Shown: positions 40,560 to 51,846, counted from the stretch's first letter. The stretch is 64,000 nt of DNA from Pirellulales bacterium (GCA_963738955.1 CAVTYW010000027.1:231529-295528), one strand, 5' to 3'. Numbers and translations: made by a program. Notes: generated by a model not told the origin, from the sequence alone.

Positions 40560-43500
40560 TCACGGCGTTGTCGTCGTGCCGAGCAACTTCTGCTCTTCCT
40601 CTTCCTGGATGATGATTCGAGGCGTGACCATCATCATCAGGCTTTCCGTCGTGCGGCCGATGGCCGATGTTGCGAAAGAGCCGGTTGATATACGGGATCT
40701 TGCTCAGTATCGGCACGCCGCGTTCGCTGCGCCCTTCGCTGAGCCGCTTGATGCCGCCCAGCAGCACCGTACCGCCGTCGGGGACGCTGACCGTCGTCGT
40801 GACCGTGACGAAGTTGAACGTCGGCAACTGCACCGTCGTGCCGGAACTGACGGTCGTCTCGCCGGCGGCCGCGTTCGTGGTCGTGGACGTCGTCGGATCG
40901 GTGGTCGTGTTCGTGGTGTTGTTGGTGACGTCGAGCCGGTGAACTGGAAGTTCTTGCACGTCGCCGATCTGGCTGAAGAACGGAACCACCGTGAGCCGGA
41001 CAAAACGATGGTCGGGCGACACGACGGCCTGCACTGTGAGCGACGTGCCTTCGGAAAGCACCGTGATCACCGGCTGCTGTGCCGCCGCGAAATCGCCGAC
41101 GACCGGCATGACGCTCGTGACGAATGGCTCTTGCGACGTATCGGACACAAACGCCTGCTGGCCGTTGAACAGCGTCACTTTCGGCGCCTGCAACACGTTC
41201 GAGCGATCGTCGCCCATCGAGCGCCTGCATCAGGAAGAATGCCTGGATGTCGCTGAGGATGGCGAAACCGAACGAGGCGGGCGTGGTGTCGACCGTGAGG
41301 CCGGCAAAGCCGGGATGGCGGCCGTCGCGGCGCCGTTTTGCCGGAATTGAACGTCGCCCAGCGGCGTCGTGTTGAAGCCGCCCGAGGCCGAACTGCCAGT
41401 CGCCAGGCCGATGACCTGCGACGGGGTGCGGTCGGTCCGCCCCGCTGGCCGATGGCGCCGTTGCCGACCTGCGCGTGGGTGGGAATGTTGAAGTTGAAGT
41501 TCACGCCGATCTGCTCGAAGAAGTTGTCGTTGAGCGTGATGAACCGCACTTCGATCGTCACTTGCAGGTCTTGCAAGCGTCGCAACTGTTGCAGCAAGTC
41601 GGCGATCTGCTCGTGGATTTCCTGCGTCTGGCTGACGACCAGCGTCAGGTTCGTTTCGAACGGGGCGATCGAGCCGGTGCCGCCGATTGCGGTCCAGCTC
41701 GTCGGGGCGATGGTCGAGGTGATCAACTCGATCAGCGAATCGAAGTCGGCCTGATTGCCGCCCCTGCAGCCGCCGGGGCCGGCGTAGCCGTTCGGCTGCG
41801 GCTGGCCGGCTTTGACTTGCCCGGTGCCGGATCCCGGCGTCCGCATCTGGGCCGCACGCTGGAGTTCATCATGGTCGCGCCCTTGGGATCGCCGGCCATC
41901 GCTCGCCATCGTGCTCGATCCGGCAGGCGCCGCCGCCCGCCGGCGCCGCCGTAGCCGATGCGGCGATAAGCCTTCTCCAAGGCCGCGTTGATTCCCTCGC
42001 GGCCGTTCGGGCCGAAATTCGGAATCGGGATCACCAGGTCGGCGACCGGATAGCTCTTGGTGTAGACCTGCCCATGCCGCTTGTCTTCGCTGGTGATGTT
42101 GAGCACTTCGTTCTTGATGACGTAGTTCAGGTGCAGCGGCTCGAGGATCAGCGTCAGCGCACTCTTGAGTTGGATGTCGCGAGCTCAGGTCGATCGTGAC
42201 CGGCTCGTCGGTCGTCACGCCCTCGGCCTTCAGCCCTTGGGCGTCGACGTACATGTTGACCTGCGTGACTTTCTCCAAGTAGCCGAGCACTTCGCCCAGC
42301 GGAGCTTGCTTGAATTTCAGCGACACCGGCGTCGTCAGCTTCTGCTCGATGTCGAGATCGCCGGGGCTGCGATGCGCTTGGCCCTCAGCCATCAACTTCT
42401 TGCGGCGGTCGGTCAATTGGCTCCAATCCATCTTATCGCCGAATTTGTAATTCGAATTGAAGGGAATGGAATCTCGATCGACCTCGGTCAAAGCCGTGTT
42501 GATCTCATCTTCCTTTTCCGACTTGATCTCCATGTTGTTCGCCTCGCGGCGGAGCATCTTGCTGATCGTCACCATCTGATGGACGACGACGTTGTTGGGG
42601 TCCATCTCCTCGGCCCGCTTGGCGATGACTTCCGCCTCGGCATACCGGCGTTCTTCGATGGCTTTGTTGTAGTCGTCGACCATGCGGGCGAGCTTTTCGC
42701 TGATTTCGAGCTTCATCTTGCGGCGGTCGTCGACTTCGCGATGGACTTCCGCATTGCGCTGATCGAGCTCGATCTGCGCGAGATTCTTTTGGATGTACGC
42801 CTGCATTTCCGTGATGCTGGCGTCCACGCGGTGCAGCAATTGCTGGCGATATTGCGGATCGAGCTCCGGCGGCGCCGAGGCGACCCTCATGCGAGCCTGT
42901 TGCAGCAGCTCCAAGCCTTTCTTCGGGTCTTTGGCCTGCAACGCTTTGGCCGACGATTGCGTGCGCGAGATATCGGCCGAGATCTGATTGACCAACACTC
43001 GCTGCCGCGCTACGGCGCCTTCCAGCAAGCCGTCGCTGCCGGCCGGTTTCGGCGGGCTGACGGAGAGCATTTGCAAATGATCTTGCAGGCGAGTTCGCGT
43101 GCCCGGATCGAGTTGGTCTTGCATTGCGTACGCCAGACGGAAGAGCCGCATGGCTTCGTCGCGATTGCCGTCGGTCAGCGCTTTTTCGCCCTGGCGGAAC
43201 AATAGCACCGCTTGGGGCGCATGATCGCTGGGAGTGACGCTCGGCAAGGCGTTCGGATCCGGCAAGGCGTTCGGATCGGGAGCCGGATGCACGGTCGGCA
43301 CTTGCGACATCGCCGAAGCGGGAATGTTTTGCGTCGTGTCATGGCTCGGATCGTAGATCGATCGAGTGACGTATCCATTGCCGTCGCTGCCCTGCGCCGC
43401 CGGCAAGCGTCACGCCTGAGGGACTGCGCAATCGGGCCTTCTGAATCTCGAACAGCACCAGCGCCGGACGGTCTTCCTGCTGACCGAACGCCGAATCGCG

Positions 43501-44725
43501 AGCCAAACTGTCGGCCTGACGGGCCATCTGCTCGGCCGAGGCAAGATCGCCGCGGTTCAGCGCAGCCCGAGCTTGCCGCGTTAGATCGGCGGCGCGTGGC
43601 TTGTCGTCGCTGCTGGCGACGTTGGCAAGGCCGCCCGAAATCGCGTCGGGATGGATTTCCGCCGGCGCGGCGCTCGCGCCGCCGCGGCGCATGGCGGCGA
43701 TTTGCTGCAGTAGTGTGTCGGGGTGCGGTTCGACCGGATTGTATTGGACGGGCATTCGTTGGGCGTCGCCGGCGAGCCGTTCGGCTTCGTCGAACTCGCG
43801 CCACGGCAAGAAGCCCTTGGCCTCTTCCATCAGCAGACCGGCATATTCGTGGCGATAACCTTCCGAATCCTTTTGACCTTGTTGGGCTTGCAGATTGCTG
43901 TAGCGATTCAACAGCGCTTCGACTTTCGCCGGGCTGTCTTCCATCGGTCCATACGCGACACCGGTGGCTTTCGCTTGCTCCAATTGGCTGGCCGCGCGGC
44001 GGGCATCTCCCTCGGCCAACGCTTTGCGGGCGCCGAGGATCAAAGCATCACTTTGCGCGCGGGCAACGCCGCCCGACGGCGCTCCAGTATTCTGCGCAAC
44101 CAGATTCTGCGCAGGCGAGTTTTGATTCGGTAGGTTGATCGGGGCCATGCCTGTCGAACGGATAGCTCCCGCTCGCGGCGGCGGCGTTCGGATCGACCGG
44201 AGTGAATTGACCGGGGGCGGCCGTCAACGGCGCGCTCTGCGAGGGCGCGGAAAATCCTTCGGTTGAACCGCTCGGGCTGACATAGGCCGTGTCCGACGGT
44301 CCCGCGGGCTGGGCGTTGTCGCCATGGCCCACGAACGGGTCTTGGCCCTTGCCCAGCGACGCCGACGGTATGGCGCCGACGCTCGTGCCGTCGGGTTTCA
44401 AGCCGAGCGAGCGATTGAAATCGGCGCGGCATTTCTTCGGGGTGTCGCCGGTGTGGAAGAGTCCGTATTTGGGGTTGATCGCCTCGGCGCGCGAGATGAA
44501 CGAATCGGCGAGCTCTCGCTTGTGCTCCGCCATGGCCTTGCGGGCTTGGCGCAGGAGGTCATCGGCTCGTTGAACGTCGGTCGGACCATCGTCGCCGGTG
44601 GCGGCAATGGCGAGATACGTTTGTACGAGGCCCATGGGGGGCACGGCTCGGGCAATGCCAGCCGAGGTTCCCGCCAGAAAAATCAACGTGCCGACGATGC
44701 GCTGTGACGTGGTTTTCAACCCCAT
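40560..44725 (-). pseudogene. Giant secretin (GspD/PilQ superfamily, about 1380 aa) with a long N-terminal helical-repeat extension; about 8 frame breaks as assembled
   Basis: Signal peptide MGLKTTSQRIVGTLIFLAGTSAGIARA. Several A[RK]xAL..GD...A helical repeats and a coiled-coil region. Then ADFDSLIELITSTIAPTSWTAIGG, LQDLQVTIEVRFITLNDNFFEQIGVNFNF, FGFAILSDIQAFFLMQALDGDDRSNVLQAPKVTLFNGQQA, VSVPDGGTVLLGGIKRLSEGRSERGVPILSKIPYINRLFRNIG and TESLMMMVTPRIIIQEEEE. The path runs through ORFs 44048-44725, 43339-44148, 41175-43406, 41732-42106 and 40441-41217. Confidence 0.8.
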
Positions 44726-45019
44726 TCTCCTTCATCGAAATGCATCAATTTCCCTGCCCGACAACAACCACGAAAGTCCGCGCGGCGCCGATTGGGGCGA
44801 CGAGGCGATCCTTCGGGGAGCAGAGTTTCTTGGGTTGGAACGAACCTCCGGAACCGGAATCGCGCCCGACAGGGCTCCATTAATTAGACGAGATTTGCTG
44901 TCGCTCTGTCGGAGACTTGCAGAAGAGAGCGGGATAGATACTGGCGGCCGAAAAAGCGGTCAAGGCCAGTTGCGAGATTTCCCGGCAAAGATTTCTCGGA
45001 TTTACGGCGAGACGCGAGA

Positions 45020-45209
45020 CTGTAGGGGAACGCCCTCCGCGGCGTTCCGGGGGGGCCGGTGGATTTCTCGCGGTGCCGCGGGGACAGCGCGGCTGAGCGC
45101 ATCCAACGTTGGAGTTCACGCTTCAGCGTGCTGGCTCGCAACACGCAAAATCGTGAACTCCAACAGAATCGTCGCGCCCGCGGAACGGCACGGAGGCCGT
45201 TCCCTACAG
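45020..45209. repeat. Nested composite REP: an outer inverted pair of the GTAGGGAACGGC family encloses an inner GTTGGAGTTCA pair
   Basis: CTGTAGGGGAACGCCCTCCGCGGCGTTCCGGGG (45020-45052) and CGGAACGGCACGGAGGCCGTTCCCTACAG (45181-45209) flank GTTGGAGTTCACG (45108-45120) and CGTGAACTCCAAC (45152-45164). Confidence 0.8.
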
Positions 45210-45327
45210 CGGCCGACGTGTTCCTTCGAAAAAAAATAAGGACGAACGCCGAACCAGCGATTCGCCGGAATTATTTCCGGAAGAACGACGTGGTTCGGAG
45301 TCCGTCCTCATTCGAATCACGGCGCAA

Positions 45328-47408
45328 TCAGCGCGCGCCTTGCTGCTTTCTTGTTGGCCCCGGATTCGGCGTTACGGGGGGCAATAATCCGCCGCCGGGG
45401 ATCAACCCGCCTTTCGCGGGCACCGCGCCTGGAAGGGCCGCGGCTCCAGCCGGCGCCGCGGGGGCGATGTGCGTCTTTTTCCAACCGTTGACCGTCGGCA
45501 AGTCTTTCGCCTCGTTGATGACGATCAACTTCGGATGCTCCGGATCGTCGATGTTGTCGAGCAACAGCATCTCGGCCGGATCGGTGAGACCACCGGCGCC
45601 GGGCAGCTTCTCGTCGTTGCCGCGGAAATCGAGCAACACCGACGCGGTGCGGAAATTGCCCGTGATGTCGCGAATCACTCGCTTCACCGGATCGGCGACG
45701 CCCTTGGCGACTTGTTCGGGCACGGTCGTGCCGACCAGACGCCCAATTCGGTGTCGTATTCCTTGAGCAATTCGATGGCCTGATCCATGTCGAACGTGAA
45801 GATGCTGACTTGCGCCTTGGGCTCCTGCCGCTTGGGGCGATCGATGGGCCCAGCCAACAGCCGCGTGTCGGCCGGGATTTGCACCGCCGACGACTTTTCG
45901 CTCCAGGGCGTTTCTTTATAGGCGACCGACGCGGTATCCGGCTTCATCAGCACTTTCGCCTCCAGCCCGAAATTCGGATTGCGCAGCAACATTTGCACGC
46001 GATACTGGTACGAGTGCCCCGGCTCGACTTTCAGATCGATGAAGCGGAACAATTTGTAGGGCGCTTCCTCGGCCGCGGCTTGCGGATTCTGGCCCGCAAC
46101 GTTTGGCCGCACCATGGGCGGCTGAAACCGCCGGCCGGGTGGTCGACGAGGAACACCTCGGCCCGCGCCGGCACTGCGCCTGCCGCGTTCGGATCGTCGA
46201 AGCCTTTGTCGGGCTGGGCGCCGTCGGCGCCGGGTTGAACGGCGTTGCCCTGCCCAGCCGGCGCAGCCGCGACGGCCAATGGAACTTTCGGCGGATGGGC
46301 GGCTTCCGCGCCCCAATTTCGCAATAGCACCGGCGGCAATGCCCAGGTGAACCAAGGGGACGACACGAACGCCGGATCAGCGACTTCTGGTACGACTCCG
46401 GCCCAGTTGCGCATCTCGGCTTCCAAATTGTTCCGCTCCGCCGGGCTGATCCCCAGTTTCTTCACCTGCGCTTTGGCGTCCGGCTCTTGGTGTATGTCGC
46501 GAATGATTTGCTCGGTGTCGCCGAAATCGAGCAGCTTGACCGTGCCGTCGGTGGTGTCGGTTCGCTCAAGTTTGCACCAGACATATTGCGGCACGTCGAT
46601 TCCCGCATTGCCGCGCTCGTGTCCCGCACCACTTGCGCCGACTCCTTCGACGGCCACGCCGCGGCGGGCGTTCTTGAACCGCCGGGCGTATTCCTCGCGC
46701 TGCGCACCGTCGGGAATCAGACCGGTGACGACGATCCCATGCACGCCTTCGGCCATGCCGTTTCCGGGAGGACCGCCGGGATCAAAGCCGGCCGGAAAAG
46801 GTTGCTCGGCGGCCGCGGTGGCTTCGCCGGCCTTTTCACCCAAGAGGTTGGGCGTCGTTGTCGTGGCCGGAGGGCGCGTGACAGTCCGAGGCGGCCGAGT
46901 GGTACGAGGCGGGGGCGCCGCCTTGCCGGGGATCAAGCCGCCGACCGGCGGAACAACATTTCCGACTCCCGGCGTCGGCTCGGGCCGATTTCCGGCTGAC
47001 GCGTTGACGACGATGCCGCCGCGAAACGGCGTCGCCCAAACCTCTTCGACCGGAAACATCGTCGGATCCATGCGCTTGACCAGATCGTCAAACGGCGGAC
47101 GCACAAGTGAGTTGTCGATGTTGATCTTCGGAATCGTCGCTTCCTTGTTGACCAAGTCGAACATAATCGACGCTGACAACCTCCTGCGTGGGAGGCGGCA
47201 CATGCAATTTGTTGATGCTCTGCTCGGCGTCGTCGCTCCGCTTTTCGATGACGTTGGCCGCGAGTTTTTCAGGGAGGTGTTCCCGTGAAACGGCTTTCAC
47301 GATGAACCATCCCAGGATCAGCACGGCCAGGGCGAGACCGAATTTCTCGCCATGCTCGATGCCGAAAGCCTTCACCTTGTCCATGTCGAACTTCATCTTG
47401 ACCTTCAT
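45328..47408 (-). CDS. Large hypothetical N-terminally anchored protein (about 690 aa, 3 frame breaks), pil-like operon gene Y
   Basis: MKVKMKFDMDKVKAFGIEHGEKFGLALAVLILGWFIVKAV (TM). A Pro/Thr-rich linker. YKLFRFIDLKVEPGHSYQYRVQMLLRNPNFG. The path runs through ORFs 47088-47408, 46031-47203, 45684-46355 and 45328-45723. Confidence 0.6.
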
Positions 47409-47503
47409 CCTTCACCTCCTCCTCATTCCCTGTTGCCCCGGTTCGGTCGAATCCGACGCACAAATCTCGCGTAACGAACGTCGCTTTGGCCCAAAATCAG
47501 TCG

Positions 47504-49266
47504 CTACTTCTTCGCCGGCGCGGTGGTTGGTGGAACGGTGGCCGGCGGCGCGGTGGTTGGTGGAACTGTTGCCGGGGCGGTTGCCGGCGGCACCTTCGCT
47601 GGAGTTGTCGCCGCTGGCGGCGCTGTTGCTGGCGGGACAGTTCCGGTCGTCGGCGGCGGTGTAGTTGTCGGCGTCGTGGCGGCTGGCGGAGTCGTCGTGG
47701 GAGTTGTCACTGCTGGCGTTGTCGCTGCCGGCGTTGTCGCTGCCGGCGTTGTGGCTGCTGGCGTTGTGGCTGCTGGCGTTGTTGCAGCCGGCGTTGTGGC
47801 TGCGGGCGGTGTCGTCTCCGCCGGCGCTGGTGCGGGAGCGACGGCGCCTGCTGCCCCGTCGGCCGCTTTGATGCCGAGCTTCGCATAGCTGGGCGGATTG
47901 ATCAGATACGCCACGCCGGAGATTTCCAGCGTGACGTTATGCAGCACGCTGCTGCTCTGTTCCTCTTGCCGCCCTCGCGGGCGCCCGGATGACCCCGGCC
48001 TCCTTCTTCGCGATCGCTGGGGTTGATCCGCACTTCGCGCACCTCAAGCGGCAGCGGCGAATTGCAGAACTCGACTAGCAGTTTCTGCCACCGCTGCTCA
48101 TCCGCGACGATCGTCAGCTTGAACGCCATCTGATTGTATTCGGGCGAAGTCAACGCGGCCCATTCCGAGCCCAACAGCGGCTTTCCCTTGGAATCGACGT
48201 AGCGGCCATCCTTCAACCAAGCCTCGGGATCGGCCGGTCCGGCCGGCACGCCGGGCTGCGCGGCATTCGGGTTGCCGAGGGCGAATCCCCTTCCGGGCGG
48301 TCGAAAATGTCCGCCGAGCGCGCCTTCCTCCGTCGTGCGATGGCGCATCGGACGCTTCGGTTCGAGAACCGCCGTCGGTGGACCACCTTGAGGATTCGGT
48401 TGCTGAACCACCTGGCCGGCGCCCGGACCCGTCTTGTGCGACCGCTCGATTCGGCCCGAGCCTTCGCCGAGCGGGAACTTGTTCGTGGCGTCGTAGCCGA
48501 TCAACGTTTCATGAATTTCGCGCACCACGGCATCGAAATCGCCGGTCGCTCCGACATTGGTCCGGTCGATTGCTTTGCAAATCGCTTCCAAAACCCATAG
48601 TTCTTCCTGGGCATATCGAACATCGAGCGGCGACGGCGGATCTTGCCAATCGTACGCGGCGACCAGGCGCTCTTGATCGGCCGGATCCCAATCGACGATG
48701 TAGGTTTTCTTCGGCTCATCGGGATTGACGGCCGCGTCGCCCGCGGCCCCTTGCCCGCCATGATGCGCGCCCGGGTGCTCGTGTCCGGCCCCGCCGCCCC
48801 CTTGGCCTGGATCCCACTCGGCCTTGACTATGTCGGCCATGTGGCTGAGCTCGGTTTTGACGTAATTCTGATACCGTTCGCAGAGCGGCTCCAATGCCCG
48901 AGGATCGTCGTTCGCGGCCGGCTTGCTGAAGGCGGCGATGAAATCGGCCTGCAATCCGGACGGCCATTTGAGGGCCGATTGCTGTTGTTTGTAGAGAGCG
49001 TCCCAGGCGTGCAGCACATTGGTCCGCAGGCGCTCCGTTTCCTCCTCAACGTGCTTCACCCATTCGTCGTTGGCATGTTCGCCGCCAATGAGCTGATCCA
49101 ATTTGGCATTCGTCGTGATAATTTTGCTCTTTTGCTCGCCATAGACCTTCGACAGATGGTTGTTGGCGATCACCGAGGCGATCAGCGGAGCGAGGATTGC
49201 CAGACCGCAGAGAATCCAGAAGTGCTGCTTCTTGGCGATTTCCCAGTATTCCTTGAGCTTGTCCAT
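47504..49266 (-). CDS. Large hypothetical N-terminally anchored protein (about 587 aa, 1 frame break near 47950) with a Thr/Pro/Ala-rich tail, pil-like operon gene X
   Basis: MDKLKEYWEIAKKQHFWILCGLAILAPLIASVIA (TM), ORF 47902-49266, then ORF 47504-47947: VLHNVTLEISGVAYLINPPSY...(TTPAA)n...APAKK. Confidence 0.6.
47690..47810 (-). repeat. 15-nt tandem coding repeat (GCTGCCGGCGTTGTC / GCTGCTGGCGTTGTG units) encoding TTPAA repeats
   Basis: Read directly from the sequence. Confidence 0.8.
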
Positions 49267-49293
49267 AAAGTCGAATCGCGAAAGAGGGGTTCT

Positions 49294-49347
49294 GTTGGAG
49301 TTCAGGCTTTAGCCTGCGGGGCGGCAGCCTAATGGCTGGACTCCAAC
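49294..49347. repeat. GTTGGAGTTCA-family REP hairpin between pil-like genes
   Basis: GTTGGAGTTCAGGCTTTAGCCTGC ... GCTGGACTCCAAC. Confidence 0.75.
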
Positions 49348-49359
49348 ACGTGGGTTGGT

Positions 49360-51515
49360 CTAATGGGTTTGCCCGACGGGGCGGGTGTCGGCCGTGGCGG
49401 GCGGTTTTCCTGGTTCGGTGGCCGGTTTCTGCTTTTCCCGCTCCTCGATGCGCTTATCGACCGGGGTCTCTTTCCAAACGAATTGAATCCTGAAATCGCA
49501 ACGCGGCGCCGTTACGATCTCGCGCCGGCGGCGGCATCGGGGCGACGACCAGCGCCCGCCTCCGGATTCGCTCCCGGCAGCGGAATCTCTTCGTCCGAGA
49601 CCTTCGAGGCGTAGATCAACACCGGATACATGATGCCCAATTCCTTTGGCATGACTTGAACCGGCTTGCCATCCTGATCCGGCAGCGTGATCTGTTTTTC
49701 CATCAGGTTCCGCAAAAGCGTATTGCGAACGTATTGAGCGCCCGCGTTCGTCGGATCCTGATTGTGAAAATGATGGCCGCTGATCTGAATCACCCAGCCC
49801 TCGCCGGTCGGACCCGAACCGGGCGCAGCGGGCGCATCGCCGGGCGGGCCGGCAGGATTCGCCGCCGGCGCGGCCGCGCCTTGGGGCGGCGCGGATTCCG
49901 GGCCTTCGTATTTATCCTTCACGTCGACAAACCAATCCTCCAGCCGCGTGAAATACTCGCAATCGAGCGAGTCGATCTCGAATTCGCTTGCTCTTGATCA
50001 GCATCGCGGCTAGGTCGTCCGGCTTGGCGGCGCCGATCGGGCGTTGATCGACGGCGTCGTGCGGCAAGGCATCGCTGATCGCCTTCGTCAGCTCGACCCA
50101 CATCAGCCGGCGCGGCTCGATGCCGCTCAGCCGGGCGCCCATTTCCTTCACATGGTCGAATTCGGTTTTCGCCGTGGTGAATTTGTTGTTGAAGTCGTTG
50201 GCCTTGCTACTGACGCCCTCGGCTTTCGACAGGGCTGTCTTCAAACTTCGTGCGTCGGCATTGTCGCCCTTGTCGTCAACCGTTTTCCAGGCCCACCAAT
50301 AGCCGCCGAAGCCGACGCTGAACGCCAGCAGCATCGCCGCCACCGCGCCGACGGCCCACGGCTTCTTGGCCTTGATCAGCCGGTCTTGCAGAATCTCCGC
50401 GCGGAATCAGATTCGTGCGCAATTGCGATTGCCGGAGGCCTTGCAAAGCACAGGCCATAACTGACCGCAAACGAAAGCATGTTCTCTCGGAACGACGGCG
50501 CTCCGATCACGGCCGCGCCGCTCAGGCCGCGATATTCGTCGAGATCGATCACTTCGTAGCCGAGGCTTTGGGCCAAAAACTTTTGCAGCCCGCGGAGCTT
50601 CATCGCATTGCCGAGCGTGATCGACGCGGCTGATCTTGGCCGTGCGGTCGACGCTTTGGAAAAAGCTGATCGAGCGCTGCACCTCGGTCACCAAGTCGTT
50701 GAACACCGGCCGCATCGCCAGGAACACGGCCTTTGGGTCTTCGGCCTTGAGCGCATTGCGCTTCAGATGCTCGGCCTTGGTGAACGTGAGCTTCAATTCC
50801 TTGGTGAGCGCCTTGGTGAAATGATTGCCGCCGAGCGGGATATTGCGCTGCCAGACGCGATAGCCGTTGGTGACGACCAGATCGGTCGTGTCGGTGCCCA
50901 ACGAGACGACGATGATCGAAGGCGGCGGATCCTTCGCGTCGTATTGATCGAGGGGCGGCAAATCGTGCAACTGATCGAAGACGACTATAGTTGTAAAGCG
51001 CCAGCGGCGTGAGTTGCACGATATCGACGTCGATGGCCGCTTCGTTGAACGGCCGCAGCGCGCGGAGCGACTTGCTCGCGCTTCATCGCGAACAGGCCGA
51101 CTTCCGTTTCCAGCGCGAAGCCGTCCTCCTCGCTGCCGCCGGCCATTTGTTGATAATCCCAAACGACGTCTTCCAGCGCGAACGGGATTTGTTGCCGAGC
51201 TTCGTAGCGCACGATATCGGGAATTTTTTTGGCTTCGACCGGCGGCAGCTTGATGAACCGCGCGAGGCCGCTTTGGCCGGGCACGCTGATCGCCACGCGA
51301 TCTCCGCGCACTTTATTGCGCGAGAGAAATTGCTTCAGCGCATCGCGAACGAGTTCGACCGGATCGGCTTCGGGCTGACTGAGTATTTTCGGATACTCGA
51401 TGAAGTCGAACGCGTCGGCGACGATGCTGCCCGGTTCGTCGTGCGGCACGCAGCGCAGCGCCTTGATCGCGCACTGCCCAATGTCGATACCCCAAACAGC
51501 ATTGCTCTTGGCCAT
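49360..51515 (-). pseudogene. pilM: PilM-like actin-fold ATPase fused to a PilN-like TM segment and a periplasmic C-terminal region (about 718 aa, about 7 frame breaks as assembled)
   Basis: MAKSNAVWGIDIGQCAIKALRC, VAISVPGQSGLARFIKLPPV, VRYEARQQIPF, IDVDIVQLTPLALYN, IIVVSLGTDTTDLVVTNG, RNIPLGGNHFTKAL, ITLGNAMKLRGLQKFL, SFAVSYGLC, then NLIPREILQDRLIKAKKPWAVGAVAAMLLAFSVGFGGYWW (PilN-like), then a periplasmic part ending DFRIQFVWKETPV. Confidence 0.75.
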
Positions 51516-51661
51516 GCAAATTCTTCCTCTGCTCCGGCTCGATTGACCGCCCTGGCAGCTTCCGGGACCGCGAAGGGGTCACAGATAAGGAGGGAACGGT
51601 AGCGCACCCCGACTTCCCCGTTAGTAATGTTATCGCGGAGGGAAAGCATCTGTCAAATAAA

Positions 51662-51846
51662 AGGCTTGAGGCTATAGGCTTGAGGCTTGAGGGGGCCGGG
51701 CGGGGGAGGGCGCAAAAAGAAAGCCCCTGGCATCGGCGGGGGGCCTAATTCCCGGTTAATTCACCGAGACATAGACCACTCGCCTCCGCCAGGGGCTGCG
51801 GGGGCAAATTAAAATCCTCAAGCCTCAAGCCTGTAGCCTCAAGCCT
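51662..51846. repeat. 31-nt inverted repeat (30/31) separated by 123 nt, between the ECF sigma stop and the pilM start
   Basis: AGGCTTGAGGCTATAGGCTTGAGGCTTGAGG (51662-51692) against CCTCAAGCCTCAAGCCTGTAGCCTCAAGCCT (51816-51846). Confidence 0.85.

Noticed and set aside
40441-40560. C-terminal tail of ORF 40441-41217 (..GHRPHDGKPDDDGHASNHHPGRGRAEVARHDDNAVRLNEEGRMTNERNPNDE..)
   Set aside because: It arises from the 7-nt duplication at 40655-40668. It is read-through of ATGACGAA-type REP DNA, not part of the secretin.
47504-47992. Plus-strand ORFs 47486-47992, 47523-47888 and 47665-47871 (Arg/Cys/Trp- or Gly/Val/Ala-rich)
   Set aside because: They are antisense or alternative-frame readings of the 15-nt TTPAA coding repeat of gene X. 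They are low-complexity artefacts.
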